DNA of 28,026 nt from Pseudomonadota bacterium (GTDB taxonomy: Bacteria > Pseudomonadota > Gammaproteobacteria > Beggiatoales > Beggiatoaceae), in the NCBI GenBank assembly GCA_039799345.1, contig JBDLSS010000163.1:1-28026 (forward strand). The letters are read 5' to 3'. The translations under genes and the position numbers were made by a program. Every line of letters starts with the position of its first letter. Positions within the stretch are counted from its first letter, which is position 1. Shown here piece by piece: positions 1 through 10,898 of the stretch. The notes beneath the pieces are model-generated. The model worked only from the letters and a program-made list of their open reading frames with translations. It searched no databases and was not told where the DNA came from.

Positions 1-12
1 CTGAAACGTTAC

Positions 13-35
13 GGTGCAGGTTACAAACCTGCACC
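13..35. repeat. REP-like hairpin GGTGCAGGTT-ACA-AACCTGCACC
   Basis: Perfect 10-bp inverted repeat with 3-nt loop in intergenic DNA. Confidence 0.6.
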
Positions 36-149
36 AGCTTCATGGATTTTAGGGACGCAGTTAAAATTATTGTTTAGCACCGCCCGTTCATTCTGAAAAT
101 TTTTATTCAAACCAGTACGCGCTTTAGCCCCCTATCTGAGACCTCACAC

Positions 150-3100
150 ATGACCCGTTGGCTTTTTTTCCTCCTCCTGCTCAGCTTGTCTCATTTTTTA
201 AGTGCCGCCGAAAATATCCCCAGTGCCACCACCACCTTAAGCCTTGACCCGCTTAATACGGTACTTAGCCCCGAGTTTATTACTCAACGTCAGGAAAGTT
301 TAGCCGAGCTTGAGGCAAATTTAGCGCGAAAAAATGCGAAGTTACAAATAGATCAGCAGGAATTGCCCAACAAAATTGCGCAGCTTGATGTCAACAAAGT
401 CACGCAGAAAATTTTAGACAGCGCGATTTTAGAACGCGATACGGCGCAAGTTGAAGTCAAAAATGCAGAAGTCGAAGTTCAAAATGCGGAAAATGCACAA
501 CGGGAACACATTAACGTCATTACCAAATTACAAAATGATCTCAATGTATTACGCAAAACCCCATCGCCAGCAGAACAAGTTGCAGCACAAACCCAGCAAA
601 TTACCGATCTGGAAAAAAATATTACTTTACAAAAGGCAGCACGCGAGTTAGATGATCGGCAATTGCATATTAATAAACAGCGGGGTGATTTGGCAGTTAA
701 GCGTTTAGCTTATTCAGAACAATGGGTTGTAGCGGTTCAAAAACTTTATCAAACCCGCCAAAAACAAAGTTTAACCGAGCAAAATCAACAGGAATGGCAG
801 CGTTATGTTGAAGAAACGGCGGATTTACGCGCCCAATTGGAAAAAACGCAACTCCCAATCCAACGTTATCTTTTAGAAATCAAACTACAACTTGCTGAAG
901 AACATCAACAAAAACGCGAGCGTCAGTTAAAACTCCAAAATATACAGAATCAACTTGCTGAATTTGAAACTGCCAGCACCACCCCCCACACCGCAAAAGT
1001 TTCACAAGAAATGATTCGACAAGCGGATGTGGTGCTGAATGAAATTAAAGACAGCAATAATATTTTAGACAGTAAGCTCCAAATTTTAGAGAAACAATTA
1101 CAAGCGACTCGAAAGAATAATGAAGTGTTGCTCGGAATGGAATTAAAAATTGGTAACGAAATTGAGAAAAGTCTCGACAGTACAATCAAAGAGTTGACCC
1201 CGCAACATGCCTTAATTCGTGATCTGAGCAAAACGGCAGCCCAGCATTTAAGTAATTTGACCACGCTTTATCAAACGCGGCTGCGGGAAATGTTATTGCG
1301 GCAGCGAGTTTTGCCCAAAAATTGGAGCGAATGGCAGGATATTTTTAATGAAATAAGTAACTTGCCTCTTATGTTTCTACAGCAAGTCCATACGTCAAGC
1401 CAAAGTTTTATACAAACTTTTCAGCGAATGAGTGAAGGCTCTATCTTCATGTTGGGTTTGGGGAGCACTTTATGGCTTACAGTATTTTTATGGTTTTATA
1501 CGTTACTTGGGGATGTACTCAAACAGTTAGACCGCCCAAACGCAGTTCGTGTGCACAGTGAGGTGTGGCTACGCCTGCTGCGCATGAATTTAATTGGTTT
1601 GGCAATGACAGGCATTATTCTAGTAGTTTCATGGATTGCACAGCCACACCATTCCAGTTTATTGCTTACCCACACGCTGGTATTTTTATGGCTAGGGGTG
1701 AAATTTCCGCTTAATCTTTCACATTTAATTTTATCAGGGCGTTATCTCTCCGATATTCGGCAACGCTCTAAAATTTATCATCAATTGCGCTGGAGCGTGA
1801 TTGCGACGGGAACGTTCACAGCAATTACCTCTATCGTACATTTATTGCCAATTTCTTTAATCTTGCGCGATTTATTTGACAGCATTTTCATGCTGTTATT
1901 ATCGCTGACCACTTTTCCTGTGCTGTTTATCCGCCGCATTACCTTGGCAATATTGGAAAACAGTTTAAAAGGCTATTGGCTTTCGGTAGTGGGTTTGAGC
2001 AGCCTCTTATTGCCCTTATCAATCTTTGCCGTCGCGTTATTAGGCTTAGTGGGTTATATCAATTTGGGCTGGACGGTCGCAAAATTACTCAGCTTATTTT
2101 TATGCGTGTTCACATTATGGTTAATTACGCGCGGCTTCTTGTCGGACTTAATTGGTCTGTTGAAAAATTTCGCACTTAAGCACAGCAAATATGGCTTGTT
2201 ATGGACACAAGACATTATTCCCTTGCTGCACAAACTATTAGATACTGCCTTAATTTTATTAGGAATTGCCTGTTTTTTTTGGATTAACGGCTGGTTTAAT
2301 GATGTCGCCGTCATGGAAAATGTTAAAAGCTTTTGGCATTACCCGCTGCTTAAAATGTTGCGCGTGCAAGTCACTATCGGCAATTTATTATTGTTAGGTT
2401 TTAGTCTATGGCTAATTTTTTGGTTTGGGCGTTGGTCGCGACAAATTACTTATCGTTGGATTTATTCCAGCATCAGTGACTTAGGCATTAGAAATAGCTT
2501 ATCAGTTTTTACTCAGTACGCAGTCATTTTAATTGGTTTGTTAGTAACTTTGCGTTTATTAGGGGTGGATTTAACCACACTCACGGTGTTCGCAGGCGCA
2601 TTGGGGGTGGGGATAGGTTTTGGGCTACAAAATATTGCCAATAATTTCATCAGTGGGATTTTATTGCTGATTGAACGCCCCTTGCGCACGGGGGACGTGG
2701 TCAATATCTCACAATTTGAAGGGATCGTAACTCATATCGGTATCCGTTCCTTGACACTGACCACGTCAGAAAATCAAGAAGTTATCATGCCAAACTCTGA
2801 ATTATTATCAAGGGCTTTTGTAAATTTGACCCATAGCGATTCAAGTGTGCGCACGACCTTATACATCACCACCAGTTATGACGATGATCCGCATAAAGTT
2901 GTGCAAATTTTACGAGATATTTTGTATGAAAATGCAGAAGTGTTAAAAGAACCGCCTTCGCAAGCCTTATTGTGGGATTTTGGAGACTTTTCGGTGAAAT
3001 ATCGGATTGATTTTTTTGTGAATTTACAAAAGGCAAGTCGTAGTCAGGTACGTTCACAGTTGTTTATGACAATTTGGGATCGTTTTAAAACAGCTGGAAT

Positions 3101-3185
3101 TACTATGCCTTATCCGCGTCGTGAAATTTATATGAAAACAGAACACGACAGCGAACTGACTGAAAAAAGGAGTTATCCTCCCTAA
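150..3185 (+). CDS. Large mechanosensitive channel, MscS family (MscK/KefA-like)
   Basis: 1011 aa. N-terminal signal peptide, long Q/E/K coiled-coil region, many TM segments, and C-terminal MscS motifs (AGALGVGIGFGLQNIANNFISGILLLIERPLRTGD, IGIRS, IMPNSEL). Confidence 0.9.
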   Translation: MTRWLFFLLLLSLSHFLSAAENIPSATTTLSLDPLNTVLSPEFITQRQESLAELEANLARKNAKLQIDQQELPNKIAQLDVNKVTQKILDSAILERDTAQVEVKNAEVEVQNAENAQREHINVITKLQNDLNVLRKTPSPAEQVAAQTQQITDLEKNITLQKAARELDDRQLHINKQRGDLAVKRLAYSEQWVVAVQKLYQTRQKQSLTEQNQQEWQRYVEETADLRAQLEKTQLPIQRYLLEIKLQLAEEHQQKRERQLKLQNIQNQLAEFETASTTPHTAKVSQEMIRQADVVLNEIKDSNNILDSKLQILEKQLQATRKNNEVLLGMELKIGNEIEKSLDSTIKELTPQHALIRDLSKTAAQHLSNLTTLYQTRLREMLLRQRVLPKNWSEWQDIFNEISNLPLMFLQQVHTSSQSFIQTFQRMSEGSIFMLGLGSTLWLTVFLWFYTLLGDVLKQLDRPNAVRVHSEVWLRLLRMNLIGLAMTGIILVVSWIAQPHHSSLLLTHTLVFLWLGVKFPLNLSHLILSGRYLSDIRQRSKIYHQLRWSVIATGTFTAITSIVHLLPISLILRDLFDSIFMLLLSLTTFPVLFIRRITLAILENSLKGYWLSVVGLSSLLLPLSIFAVALLGLVGYINLGWTVAKLLSLFLCVFTLWLITRGFLSDLIGLLKNFALKHSKYGLLWTQDIIPLLHKLLDTALILLGIACFFWINGWFNDVAVMENVKSFWHYPLLKMLRVQVTIGNLLLLGFSLWLIFWFGRWSRQITYRWIYSSISDLGIRNSLSVFTQYAVILIGLLVTLRLLGVDLTTLTVFAGALGVGIGFGLQNIANNFISGILLLIERPLRTGDVVNISQFEGIVTHIGIRSLTLTTSENQEVIMPNSELLSRAFVNLTHSDSSVRTTLYITTSYDDDPHKVVQILRDILYENAEVLKEPPSQALLWDFGDFSVKYRIDFFVNLQKASRSQVRSQLFMTIWDRFKTAGITMPYPRREIYMKTEHDSELTEKRSYPP

Positions 3186-3199
3186 ATTCCTCCCATCAT

Positions 3200-3781
3200 C
3201 ATTATTGTGATTTTCTAACTTCTTCGAGAAAGATAACGTTTTCCTCACTAAACGACTGACTTACTGTCTTAACGTATTGTTAAATCGCTCAATATGATTA
3301 GTCAGTCCTACTGCTTTATGGTGTTTACTGGGGAGCACTTTCTTATACGCTTCCCAAAGGCGACTCCTAAAACCTCTCGTGAATCCCTATCCAAAGCTAG
3401 CCATATCTACACTTTCTCTTTAGCGTTTCCTACAAATGACCACATTTCATCGCATTCTAAGCACAACTTCCCTTTTTTTACAGGCTGTGGTTCTAGGCGT
3501 TGTTTCTCATACAAACGGTTTACATAAGCTTGTAGTCACGTCCCCGAGATTCCTGTCACACGGGCTATACCGCTGAGGGGTAGCTTTTCTTTTAGCAACT
3601 TATCTATTTGCGCCCATGTTTCTTGGTTTATATATTTTTTGGTAGGATGTTCTAGAAAACGGCGACCACACTCACGACATTTGTAGTTTTGTGTGCCTGA
3701 GCGAGTTTTTCCATATTTGACGATGTGCGTTGCTTTACAGTTAGGGCAAGTCAGCATTTTAGCTTCTCCTCTATAATCACC
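3200..3781 (-). mobile_element. Degenerate IS1-family element (transposase pseudogene, right end missing)
   Basis: InsA-like Zn finger/HTH ORF 3757..3536 (CPNC...CREC, IARVTG). Reading past TGA gives LQAYVN...CDEMWSFVG...*IWLALDRDSREVLG, then after a deletion/frameshift YKKVLPSKHHKAVG-LTNHIERFNNTLRQ*VSRLVRKTLSFSKKLENH (IS1 InsB-like). Candidate left end GGTGATTATAG at 3781. Confidence 0.88.
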
Positions 3782-3866
3782 ACTTTTCTGATTTTAATAT
3801 CACTGCTTCTTTAGGACTACCAATTATTTAAATCTAAAAAAAATTAGAAATATTAGCGAATTTATT

Positions 3867-3910
3867 TGTCTGAATCAGGATTTACAGGATTATTAGAATT
3901 AAGCAGGATA
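3867..3910 (+). repeat. Solo arm of the TGTCTGAA(T/C)C 9-bp-unit palindromic element family
   Basis: TGTCTGAATC-AGGATTTAC-AGGATTATT-AGAATTAAG-CAGGATA; close to the reverse complement of 25168-25211. Confidence 0.75.
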
Positions 3911-3957
3911 AGCCATTAATATAATAGAAAATTTGATACTTTTAGCCAAATTCGCGC

Positions 3958-3977
3958 CGCTGGAGCGTGGGAATGAG
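3958..3977. repeat. Partial REP-like motif CGCTGGAGCGTGGGAATGAG
   Basis: Resembles one arm of CCCACGCT...AGCGTGGGAA-type intergenic palindromes (recalled); no partner arm seen. Confidence 0.35.
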
Positions 3978-3983
3978 AAAAAA

Positions 3984-4310
3984 TTATTTAAAAGAAAAAA
4001 TTCCACACCACTGTTTTTCACAAGGAATGCCATCATTATTCCCATCCATTTTTGTGTTAGGACAATTTCTTAAGAAAAACGTGGCTTCTTCACAAGAAGT
4101 CATGTGAGAACAGTGTGTTCTACCATCACATTTATAAACTTTCCCTGTCGTTGATGTTTGATTTGCAGGGGTTGTAGGGATTACGCGATTTACAGGGGCT
4201 GGATTAATTTTTTTATAAACATAGAAACCTAACGGAATCATTAGGATCATGACTATTAGGTTAGTCAACCAATAACCTTTAATCATTTTATTTGAACGAT
4301 AATTATTCAT
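3984..4310 (-). CDS. Membrane-anchored Excalibur calcium-binding domain protein
   Basis: N-terminal TM helix; C-terminal CDGRTHCSHMTSCEEA...CPNTKMDGNNDGIPCE motif. Confidence 0.85.
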   Translation of the reverse strand: MNNYRSNKMIKGYWLTNLIVMILMIPLGFYVYKKINPAPVNRVIPTTPANQTSTTGKVYKCDGRTHCSHMTSCEEATFFLRNCPNTKMDGNNDGIPCEKQWCGIFSFK

Positions 4311-4352
4311 GTAATATCACACATCCTAATTTCTAAGGTATCACCAAAGTTT

Positions 4353-4376
4353 AAGGGGCAGTTTTCACCGCCCCTC
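4353..4376 (-). terminator. Probable intrinsic terminator hairpin after ilvC
   Basis: Minus strand GAGGGGCGGT-GAAA-ACTGCCCCTT, 14 nt past the ilvC stop; the U-tract is weak. Confidence 0.6.
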
Positions 4377-4390
4377 ATTCGACTTAAAAC

Positions 4391-5500
<1,110 letters not shown>

Positions 5501-5995
5501 TTATACGTGTAGGCTCTTGTTACCGCGCCCAATGCCAGAAACCCCTGAACGCACCACTTCAACAATCAGCGGTGCTTCAATGGCTTTGATAAAGGCATCG
5601 ATTTTTTCGCCCGTACCCGTGAGTTCGATAGTGTAGTTAGAATCGCCCACGTCAATGATTTTGCCACGGAAAATGTCAACTAAACGTTTGACTTCTTCGC
5701 GTTGGTTATTGGTCGCTGCTTTGACTTTAATGAGCATCAATTCACGCTCAATATAAGGACCTTCGTTCAAGTCAATCAACTTGATCACATCCACCAGCTT
5801 GTTTAATTGCTTGGTGATCTGTTCAATAACGCTCTCAGTGCCCGTGGTGACTAAAGTCATCCGTGACATGGAAGGATCATTGGTCGGTGCAACGGTGAGG
5901 GATTCGATATTATAACCGCGCGCGGAGAATAAGCCCGCCACTCGTGACAAAGCCCCTGCTTCGTTTTCTAACAAAATGGAGATAGTGTGACGCAT
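5501..5995 (-). CDS. ilvH: Acetolactate synthase small (regulatory) subunit
   Basis: ACT domain MRHTISILLENEAGALSRVAGLFSARGYNIESL. Start moved to ATG 5995. Confidence 0.96.
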   Translation of the reverse strand: MRHTISILLENEAGALSRVAGLFSARGYNIESLTVAPTNDPSMSRMTLVTTGTESVIEQITKQLNKLVDVIKLIDLNEGPYIERELMLIKVKAATNNQREEVKRLVDIFRGKIIDVGDSNYTIELTGTGEKIDAFIKAIEAPLIVEVVRSGVSGIGRGNKSLHV

Positions 5996-5999
5996 GTTC

Positions 6000-7727
6000 T
6001 TAAGCCAACTCTCTTTCTGAAGATAACACCATTTCGTGTTGTCCCTTGCCTGCGGCAATCATAGGATACACGTTTTCGGTTTGATCGGTGACAAAATTCA
6101 TAAACACTAAACGATCTTTAATCGCAAACGCTTCGCGCAATGCGCCTTCCACATCGGCGGGTTTATCAATGTACATGCCGATATGACCATAGCTTTCTGC
6201 CAACTTCACAAAATCAGGCAAAGCATCCATATAAGAATGCGAATAGCGGCGATCATAGAACATTTCTTGCCATTGGCGAACCATGCCCATGTAACGATTA
6301 TTCAAGTTAATCACTTTAATCGGCAAATCATATTGCTTACAAGTGGATAATTCTTGAATACACATTTGAATACTGGCTTCACCGGTCACACAAGCCACCG
6401 TTTCTTTCGGATGCGCCAATTGTACGCCAATCGCGGCAGGCAACCCAAAACCCATCGTGCCCAAACCGCCTGAATTGATCCAACGGCGAGGCTTATCGAA
6501 TTTGTAAAACTGTGCCGCCCACATTTGATGCTGCCCCACGTCGGAGGTGATAAATGCGTCACCGTGGGTGATTTCATGCAGCTTTTCAATCACGTATTGT
6601 GGCTTGATTAAAGGGCTGTTGCGATCATAGCGTAAGCAATTCGTAGCACGCCATGCGTCAATTTGCGCCCACCACGACACTAAAGCTTCATGATCAGGTT
6701 GTTTACCCGTTTCACGGATGGCTTTAATCACTTCGGTCAAAACGCGATCCACTGCGCCCACGATAGGAATATCGACTTTCACATTTTTAGAAATGGAAGA
6801 GGGGTCGATGTCCATGTGGATGATTTTGGCGTAAGGACAGAATTTTTCCAAATCGCTGGTAACGCGGTCATCAAAGCGCGCGCCGATAGCAACTAAAACG
6901 TCGCATTCGTGCATTGCCATGTTGGCTTCATACGTGCCGTGCATCCCCAACATGCCCACAAATTGCGGGTCTGATGCGGGATAAGACCCTAAACCCATTA
7001 AAGTTTGCGTAATCGGATAGCCGAGCAAGCGCGTGAATTCAGTTAATTCGCTGGAGGCATTCCCTAAAACCACACCGCCGCCTGTATAAAGCATTGGACG
7101 TTTGGCGGACAGAATTAATTCTGCGGCTTTGCGAATTTGTCCGGGGTGTCCGCTGGCAACGGGCTTGTAAGAACGCATTTCGATTTCTTCAGGATATTCA
7201 AACGCCGCACTTTGGGCGGTGATGTCCTTAGGAATATCAATCACCACGGGACCGGGTCTGCCCGTGGTGGCGACATAAAACGCTTTCTTCACGGTTTCAG
7301 CAAGCTTCTTCACGTCTTTGACGAGGAAGTTGTGCTTGACGCAAGGACGGGTAATCCCGATAGAGTCCACTTCTTGGAAAGCATCATTACCAATTAAATG
7401 GGTGGGTACTTGTCCAGTAATCACGACCATTGGAATTGAGTCCATGTAGGCGGTCGCAATCCCTGTGACAGCATTGGTCGCACCAGGCCCTGAGGTGACG
7501 AGGACGACACCAGGTTTCCCTGTGGAACGTGCATAACCATCAGCCGCATGGGTTGCACCTTGTTCATGGCGCACCAAAATGTGGGTGATTTTGTTTTCTT
7601 TGAAAAGGGCATCGTAGATATGCAGCACAGAACCACCGGGATAACCGAAGATGTATTCCACCCCTTCTTCGATAAGGCAGCGCACTAAAATATCAGCACC
7701 TGTTAAAATCTCTTGTTTACTGGACAT
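6000..7727 (-). CDS. ilvI: Acetolactate synthase large subunit
   Basis: FGYPGG, VRHEQGA, TSGPGATN, SGGLGTMGFGLPAA, ThDP-binding TGEASIQM...NN. Start moved to ATG 7727. Confidence 0.96.
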   Translation of the reverse strand: MSSKQEILTGADILVRCLIEEGVEYIFGYPGGSVLHIYDALFKENKITHILVRHEQGATHAADGYARSTGKPGVVLVTSGPGATNAVTGIATAYMDSIPMVVITGQVPTHLIGNDAFQEVDSIGITRPCVKHNFLVKDVKKLAETVKKAFYVATTGRPGPVVIDIPKDITAQSAAFEYPEEIEMRSYKPVASGHPGQIRKAAELILSAKRPMLYTGGGVVLGNASSELTEFTRLLGYPITQTLMGLGSYPASDPQFVGMLGMHGTYEANMAMHECDVLVAIGARFDDRVTSDLEKFCPYAKIIHMDIDPSSISKNVKVDIPIVGAVDRVLTEVIKAIRETGKQPDHEALVSWWAQIDAWRATNCLRYDRNSPLIKPQYVIEKLHEITHGDAFITSDVGQHQMWAAQFYKFDKPRRWINSGGLGTMGFGLPAAIGVQLAHPKETVACVTGEASIQMCIQELSTCKQYDLPIKVINLNNRYMGMVRQWQEMFYDRRYSHSYMDALPDFVKLAESYGHIGMYIDKPADVEGALREAFAIKDRLVFMNFVTDQTENVYPMIAAGKGQHEMVLSSERELA

Positions 7728-8170
7728 TGAAAGTGTCCCCCCATTCATACATACAAAAGTAGTCAATGTAGATGACTCTAAATTTAGTCGTCTATGATAA
7801 GTAAAGTGCGAATTTTTAAAAATACCAAGCCAGCGCATTAAAATCAAGAGAGAATTGCAGCTCTTTTTCTTAAATCGCTTTTATTTAGTTTATCAGAATG
7901 TATAAAACTTACCCGACTTAAATACTGCGTAATTAATCAAATTAGGCTATGTTATTTTTTACAGTTTATATTCTGTATTTCGCATTAACAGAGAATAAGC
8001 TGTAGCTGTTGATAATACTGTATTTTTAAATATCAGCAACTTCTTTTGATAATTTATTACCTGATAGCGATGTGCAATTCACCTCCATTTAGTTAAGGGC
8101 GTATCATCAAATGGCAATTTCTAGTAACCTGATTACTGTGAAAAAAATTTAAGAAAAAATCAGTTTAAGA

Positions 8171-8308
8171 CTACGCACTACGTGCCACCCGCCCACTACT
8201 CAACGCCTGAATCACCGCATCTTTCGGACCATCTGCCACAATTTGCCCATTGTCCACCACGATTAAACGATCCATCAAACTTAATAGTGGTGTGCGATGC
8301 GTAATTAT
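8171..8308 (-). pseudogene. 3'-end remnant of a paralogous T1SS ATPase
   Basis: Translates IITHRTPLLSLMDRLIVVDNGQIVADGPKDAVIQALSSGRVARSA*, matching the C-terminus of the gene at 10899..13046. Confidence 0.9.
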
Positions 8309-8326
8309 AATATTTTGGTTTTAAAA

Positions 8327-8392
8327 ATAGACTGAGAGAATATGTTCAAGGGCATGATTTAAATCATCAAATTGCCTTTTATATTAGTCTAT
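8327..8392. repeat. Imperfect palindrome inside the AT-rich segment that interrupts the ATPase remnant
   Basis: ATAGACT...AGTCTAT ends, AATAT/ATATT and AAGGGCA/TGCCTTT inner arms, perfect 14-bp core ATGATTTAAATCAT. Confidence 0.45.
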
Positions 8393-8414
8393 CCTTAGTA
8401 TTTAAATACTATAA

Positions 8415-8698
8415 AAATTCAACAGCAATTTCGCAAGGCTATTTTTTCCCGAAGCCACGCGCCCAATAATTCCAACCCGTTCCCCTGCTTGGATTTTGAA
8501 AGAAATATTTTGCAAAGTTTTCAGTGGCTGGGTGGGGTATTGAAACTGCACATTTTTGAATTCGACTGCGCCCTGCAATTCGGGACGGTGCACAAAATCC
8601 TGTCCTTCGGGGCGTTCCAAAGGCAAGCTCATGATGTGATTGAGTGCCTTCAATGCCGCCCGCGATTGGTGATAACGCATCATCAAGCTTGCGACTGG
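8415..8698 (-). pseudogene. Internal remnant of a paralogous T1SS ATPase (Walker A region)
   Basis: Near-identical to 11461..11738 at a constant 3046-bp offset (MMRYHQSRAALKAL...GRVASGKNSLAKLLLN). Confidence 0.92.
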
Positions 8699-8779
8699 AA
8701 TATTACGAAGGCTTTTCGCGCTTTTTCAGCGGCAATGGGCGGGCGTTTTTGCCGTTGCAGAGCGGGGTGAAATGAGTTT

Positions 8780-8871
8780 GTAGCCGTATGGAGCGTAGCG
8801 GAATATGGGGGAATTTAAATCACCGCCTCCAAACTCCCATATTCCGCCATACTCCAACTCCATGTGGCTAC
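8780..8871. repeat. GTAG-type REP doublet (REPIN-like)
   Basis: GTAGCCGTATGGAGCGTAGCGGAATATGG and an inverted degenerate copy ending ...CATGTGGCTAC; both arms start with the GTAG foot. Confidence 0.7.
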
Positions 8872-8909
8872 AATTCATACCCATTTGTGTAAAAAGAACT
8901 TTCTGGAAA

Positions 8910-10823
8910 TTACTCCGCTACAGTAAACCGCAGCGGCTCATTTTGATTAAATACCAACTTCAGTGTTTGTGGAATCAAATAACCCACATAGACCGTGTAA
9001 TTGCCTGTAAATCCTTGAACATTCCCATCGAACACCGCAATTTTTTCTTCAGCATTCAAAGCCATCCTCACTTCGGCAGCCTTCAAATTTGCTAATTGAC
9101 CATCCCACGCTGTCCACGTTTGATTATTCCGAACAAACCACTGTCCTGCATAATTTGCCACAATGACCACATAAACAGTTCGTCCAACATCAGCCGCATC
9201 ACTACTCACATTTGTTGATACGTTAATCGACTGATTACGCTTAATGACTAGATTATTGCCTTGCTGCGTTCCACTGCTCACCAAGGGGGTAAAACTGGCA
9301 GTGCTGCCACGACTAATAGGTGTTTGCGCGCTTAAATCAAAAGCCCCACTGTTAAATGAACGCATCGCAAATGCACCAATATCGCATTGTGTACGTTTTA
9401 CTCCACGCTGATCGGTGGTTGGGCAATTTGTACCGCCATTAATAGCAGGACTGTTTGCTAACAATGCCAAAGTAGCACTCGCCCCCCCATTTTCATTTAA
9501 ACTTGCAAGCAAAGGATCAAGCACGCGACTGTTTGCCACAACTTTGACATCTTTAGGGTCTTGGGTGGATGGTGCGGGGAACTCGAGATTATTGCCCCCA
9601 TCTTTCAACGATGCGCCAACCTGCCAATTAATATTCCAAGGATTATCACCCTTGTTATTGCTGACAATGCTGTTACGCAGCGTGACCTTATCAGCATTTC
9701 CCCAAAATGCGCCCCCCATAAATCCTGCATAATTATTCGCAAGGGTCAAATTTGTAAAACTGCCCTCCGATTGGGTCGAATATAAAATTGCACCCCCCAA
9801 TCCTGAACCTGCACTTTCTTCTGCACGGTTATTATAAAAAGTGCTATTCAATAAACGGGTGGGTGTGGTTTCACCAATCCACAATCCACCGCCTTGACTA
9901 TAAGCGCGATTATTAGCAAACAGTACATTTTCAATCGTTAAATCCGCATTACCAACGCGGAGACCACCGCCCAAAGCATCCCCATTGGAACTTTTAAGCA
10001 CGGTGTTATCGGTAATGGCAGAATTATCAATTATAATTTTGTCGGGAGGATAGCCGAAAAGAAATAAGCCGCCCCCCTGTCCTGCCCCTTTGTTATTGCG
10101 GAATTGGCTGTGAGAAATTTGAATTGTGCCGCCCGTGCTGTCATTAGGGGCAGATGCACCATCTACATAAATAGCACCACCATAACCGCGCGTATCCCCT
10201 GCATTACTGCCCCCGGGTGTTGAATCATTATTGAGAAAAACCGAGCGTGTCACCGTCAGATTCCCCAACAAATGGTTGATTGCACCACCATTAATGCCGC
10301 GATTATTACGAAATAAGCTATCTGTCACGACCAGCGAGCCTAAACTTTTGGTCGCAATTGCACCGCCGCCACGCTCTTGATTACCCGCAGTGCCGTCATT
10401 ATTTTCAAAAATGCAATTGAATACGCTGGCAGTATTAAAATTTCCGAAATAAATACCGCTCCCAGAACCATCACTGCCTGTTTGTTGTCCATTTTTTAGC
10501 GTGAGATTTTTCAGGGTCACTTTGAGGTTGTTGTCACTGCGTAAGATGCGCGTGCGCTTGCCGCCGTCTAAAGTGATTAATCCCCCTTGTTGCGTGCCGC
10601 CGCCATCAATAAGCGTGTCTTTACTGATTAATAATTCACTGTTAATGCTAATAGTTGCGGGCGCATTGCCACAATTAAAACTTAATGTGCCGCCGATTGC
10701 GAATGCCGCACGTAACGCAGTTTCAGTGCAACTTGTCGCCGTACCTGTTCCAATCACCGCATCTGCCCATGTCAAAGGGCTGAATAGCATTAGCGTTAAA
10801 AGTATCCATTGTCTAAGAAACAT
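8910..10823 (-). CDS. Secreted right-handed beta-helix (POMP-repeat / choice-of-anchor-Q-like) surface protein
   Basis: Sec signal (MFLRQWILL...TWA|D) after a GGAGG RBS at ATG 10823; repeated GGAI/GGG and FxxN motifs; DPLLASL...SPAINGG...DQRG...DIGAF module; ~150-aa beta-rich C-terminal domain. Confidence 0.8.
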   Translation of the reverse strand: MFLRQWILLTLMLFSPLTWADAVIGTGTATSCTETALRAAFAIGGTLSFNCGNAPATISINSELLISKDTLIDGGGTQQGGLITLDGGKRTRILRSDNNLKVTLKNLTLKNGQQTGSDGSGSGIYFGNFNTASVFNCIFENNDGTAGNQERGGGAIATKSLGSLVVTDSLFRNNRGINGGAINHLLGNLTVTRSVFLNNDSTPGGSNAGDTRGYGGAIYVDGASAPNDSTGGTIQISHSQFRNNKGAGQGGGLFLFGYPPDKIIIDNSAITDNTVLKSSNGDALGGGLRVGNADLTIENVLFANNRAYSQGGGLWIGETTPTRLLNSTFYNNRAEESAGSGLGGAILYSTQSEGSFTNLTLANNYAGFMGGAFWGNADKVTLRNSIVSNNKGDNPWNINWQVGASLKDGGNNLEFPAPSTQDPKDVKVVANSRVLDPLLASLNENGGASATLALLANSPAINGGTNCPTTDQRGVKRTQCDIGAFAMRSFNSGAFDLSAQTPISRGSTASFTPLVSSGTQQGNNLVIKRNQSINVSTNVSSDAADVGRTVYVVIVANYAGQWFVRNNQTWTAWDGQLANLKAAEVRMALNAEEKIAVFDGNVQGFTGNYTVYVGYLIPQTLKLVFNQNEPLRFTVAE

Positions 10824-10898
10824 GTTTTCCTCCATCTCATTTGAACAACGCTTTAATAAGCCTAGCATAAGTTGTGAAGGGAGGAGTTTCTGATGTAT

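Noticed and set aside
7728-7847. Longer ilvI start, or a leader-peptide attenuator upstream of ilvI
   Set aside because: The extension has no ALS character, and no Ile/Leu/Val-rich leader with terminator was found.
7925-7935. ACTGCGTAA as a third copy of the C-type MITE
   Set aside because: Only a 9-bp match, with no partner end or internal motif.
8699-8770. Short open frame (HPALQRQKRPPIAAEKARKAF) between the ATPase remnant and the REP doublet
   Set aside because: No start codon or recognisable similarity; it cannot be assigned.
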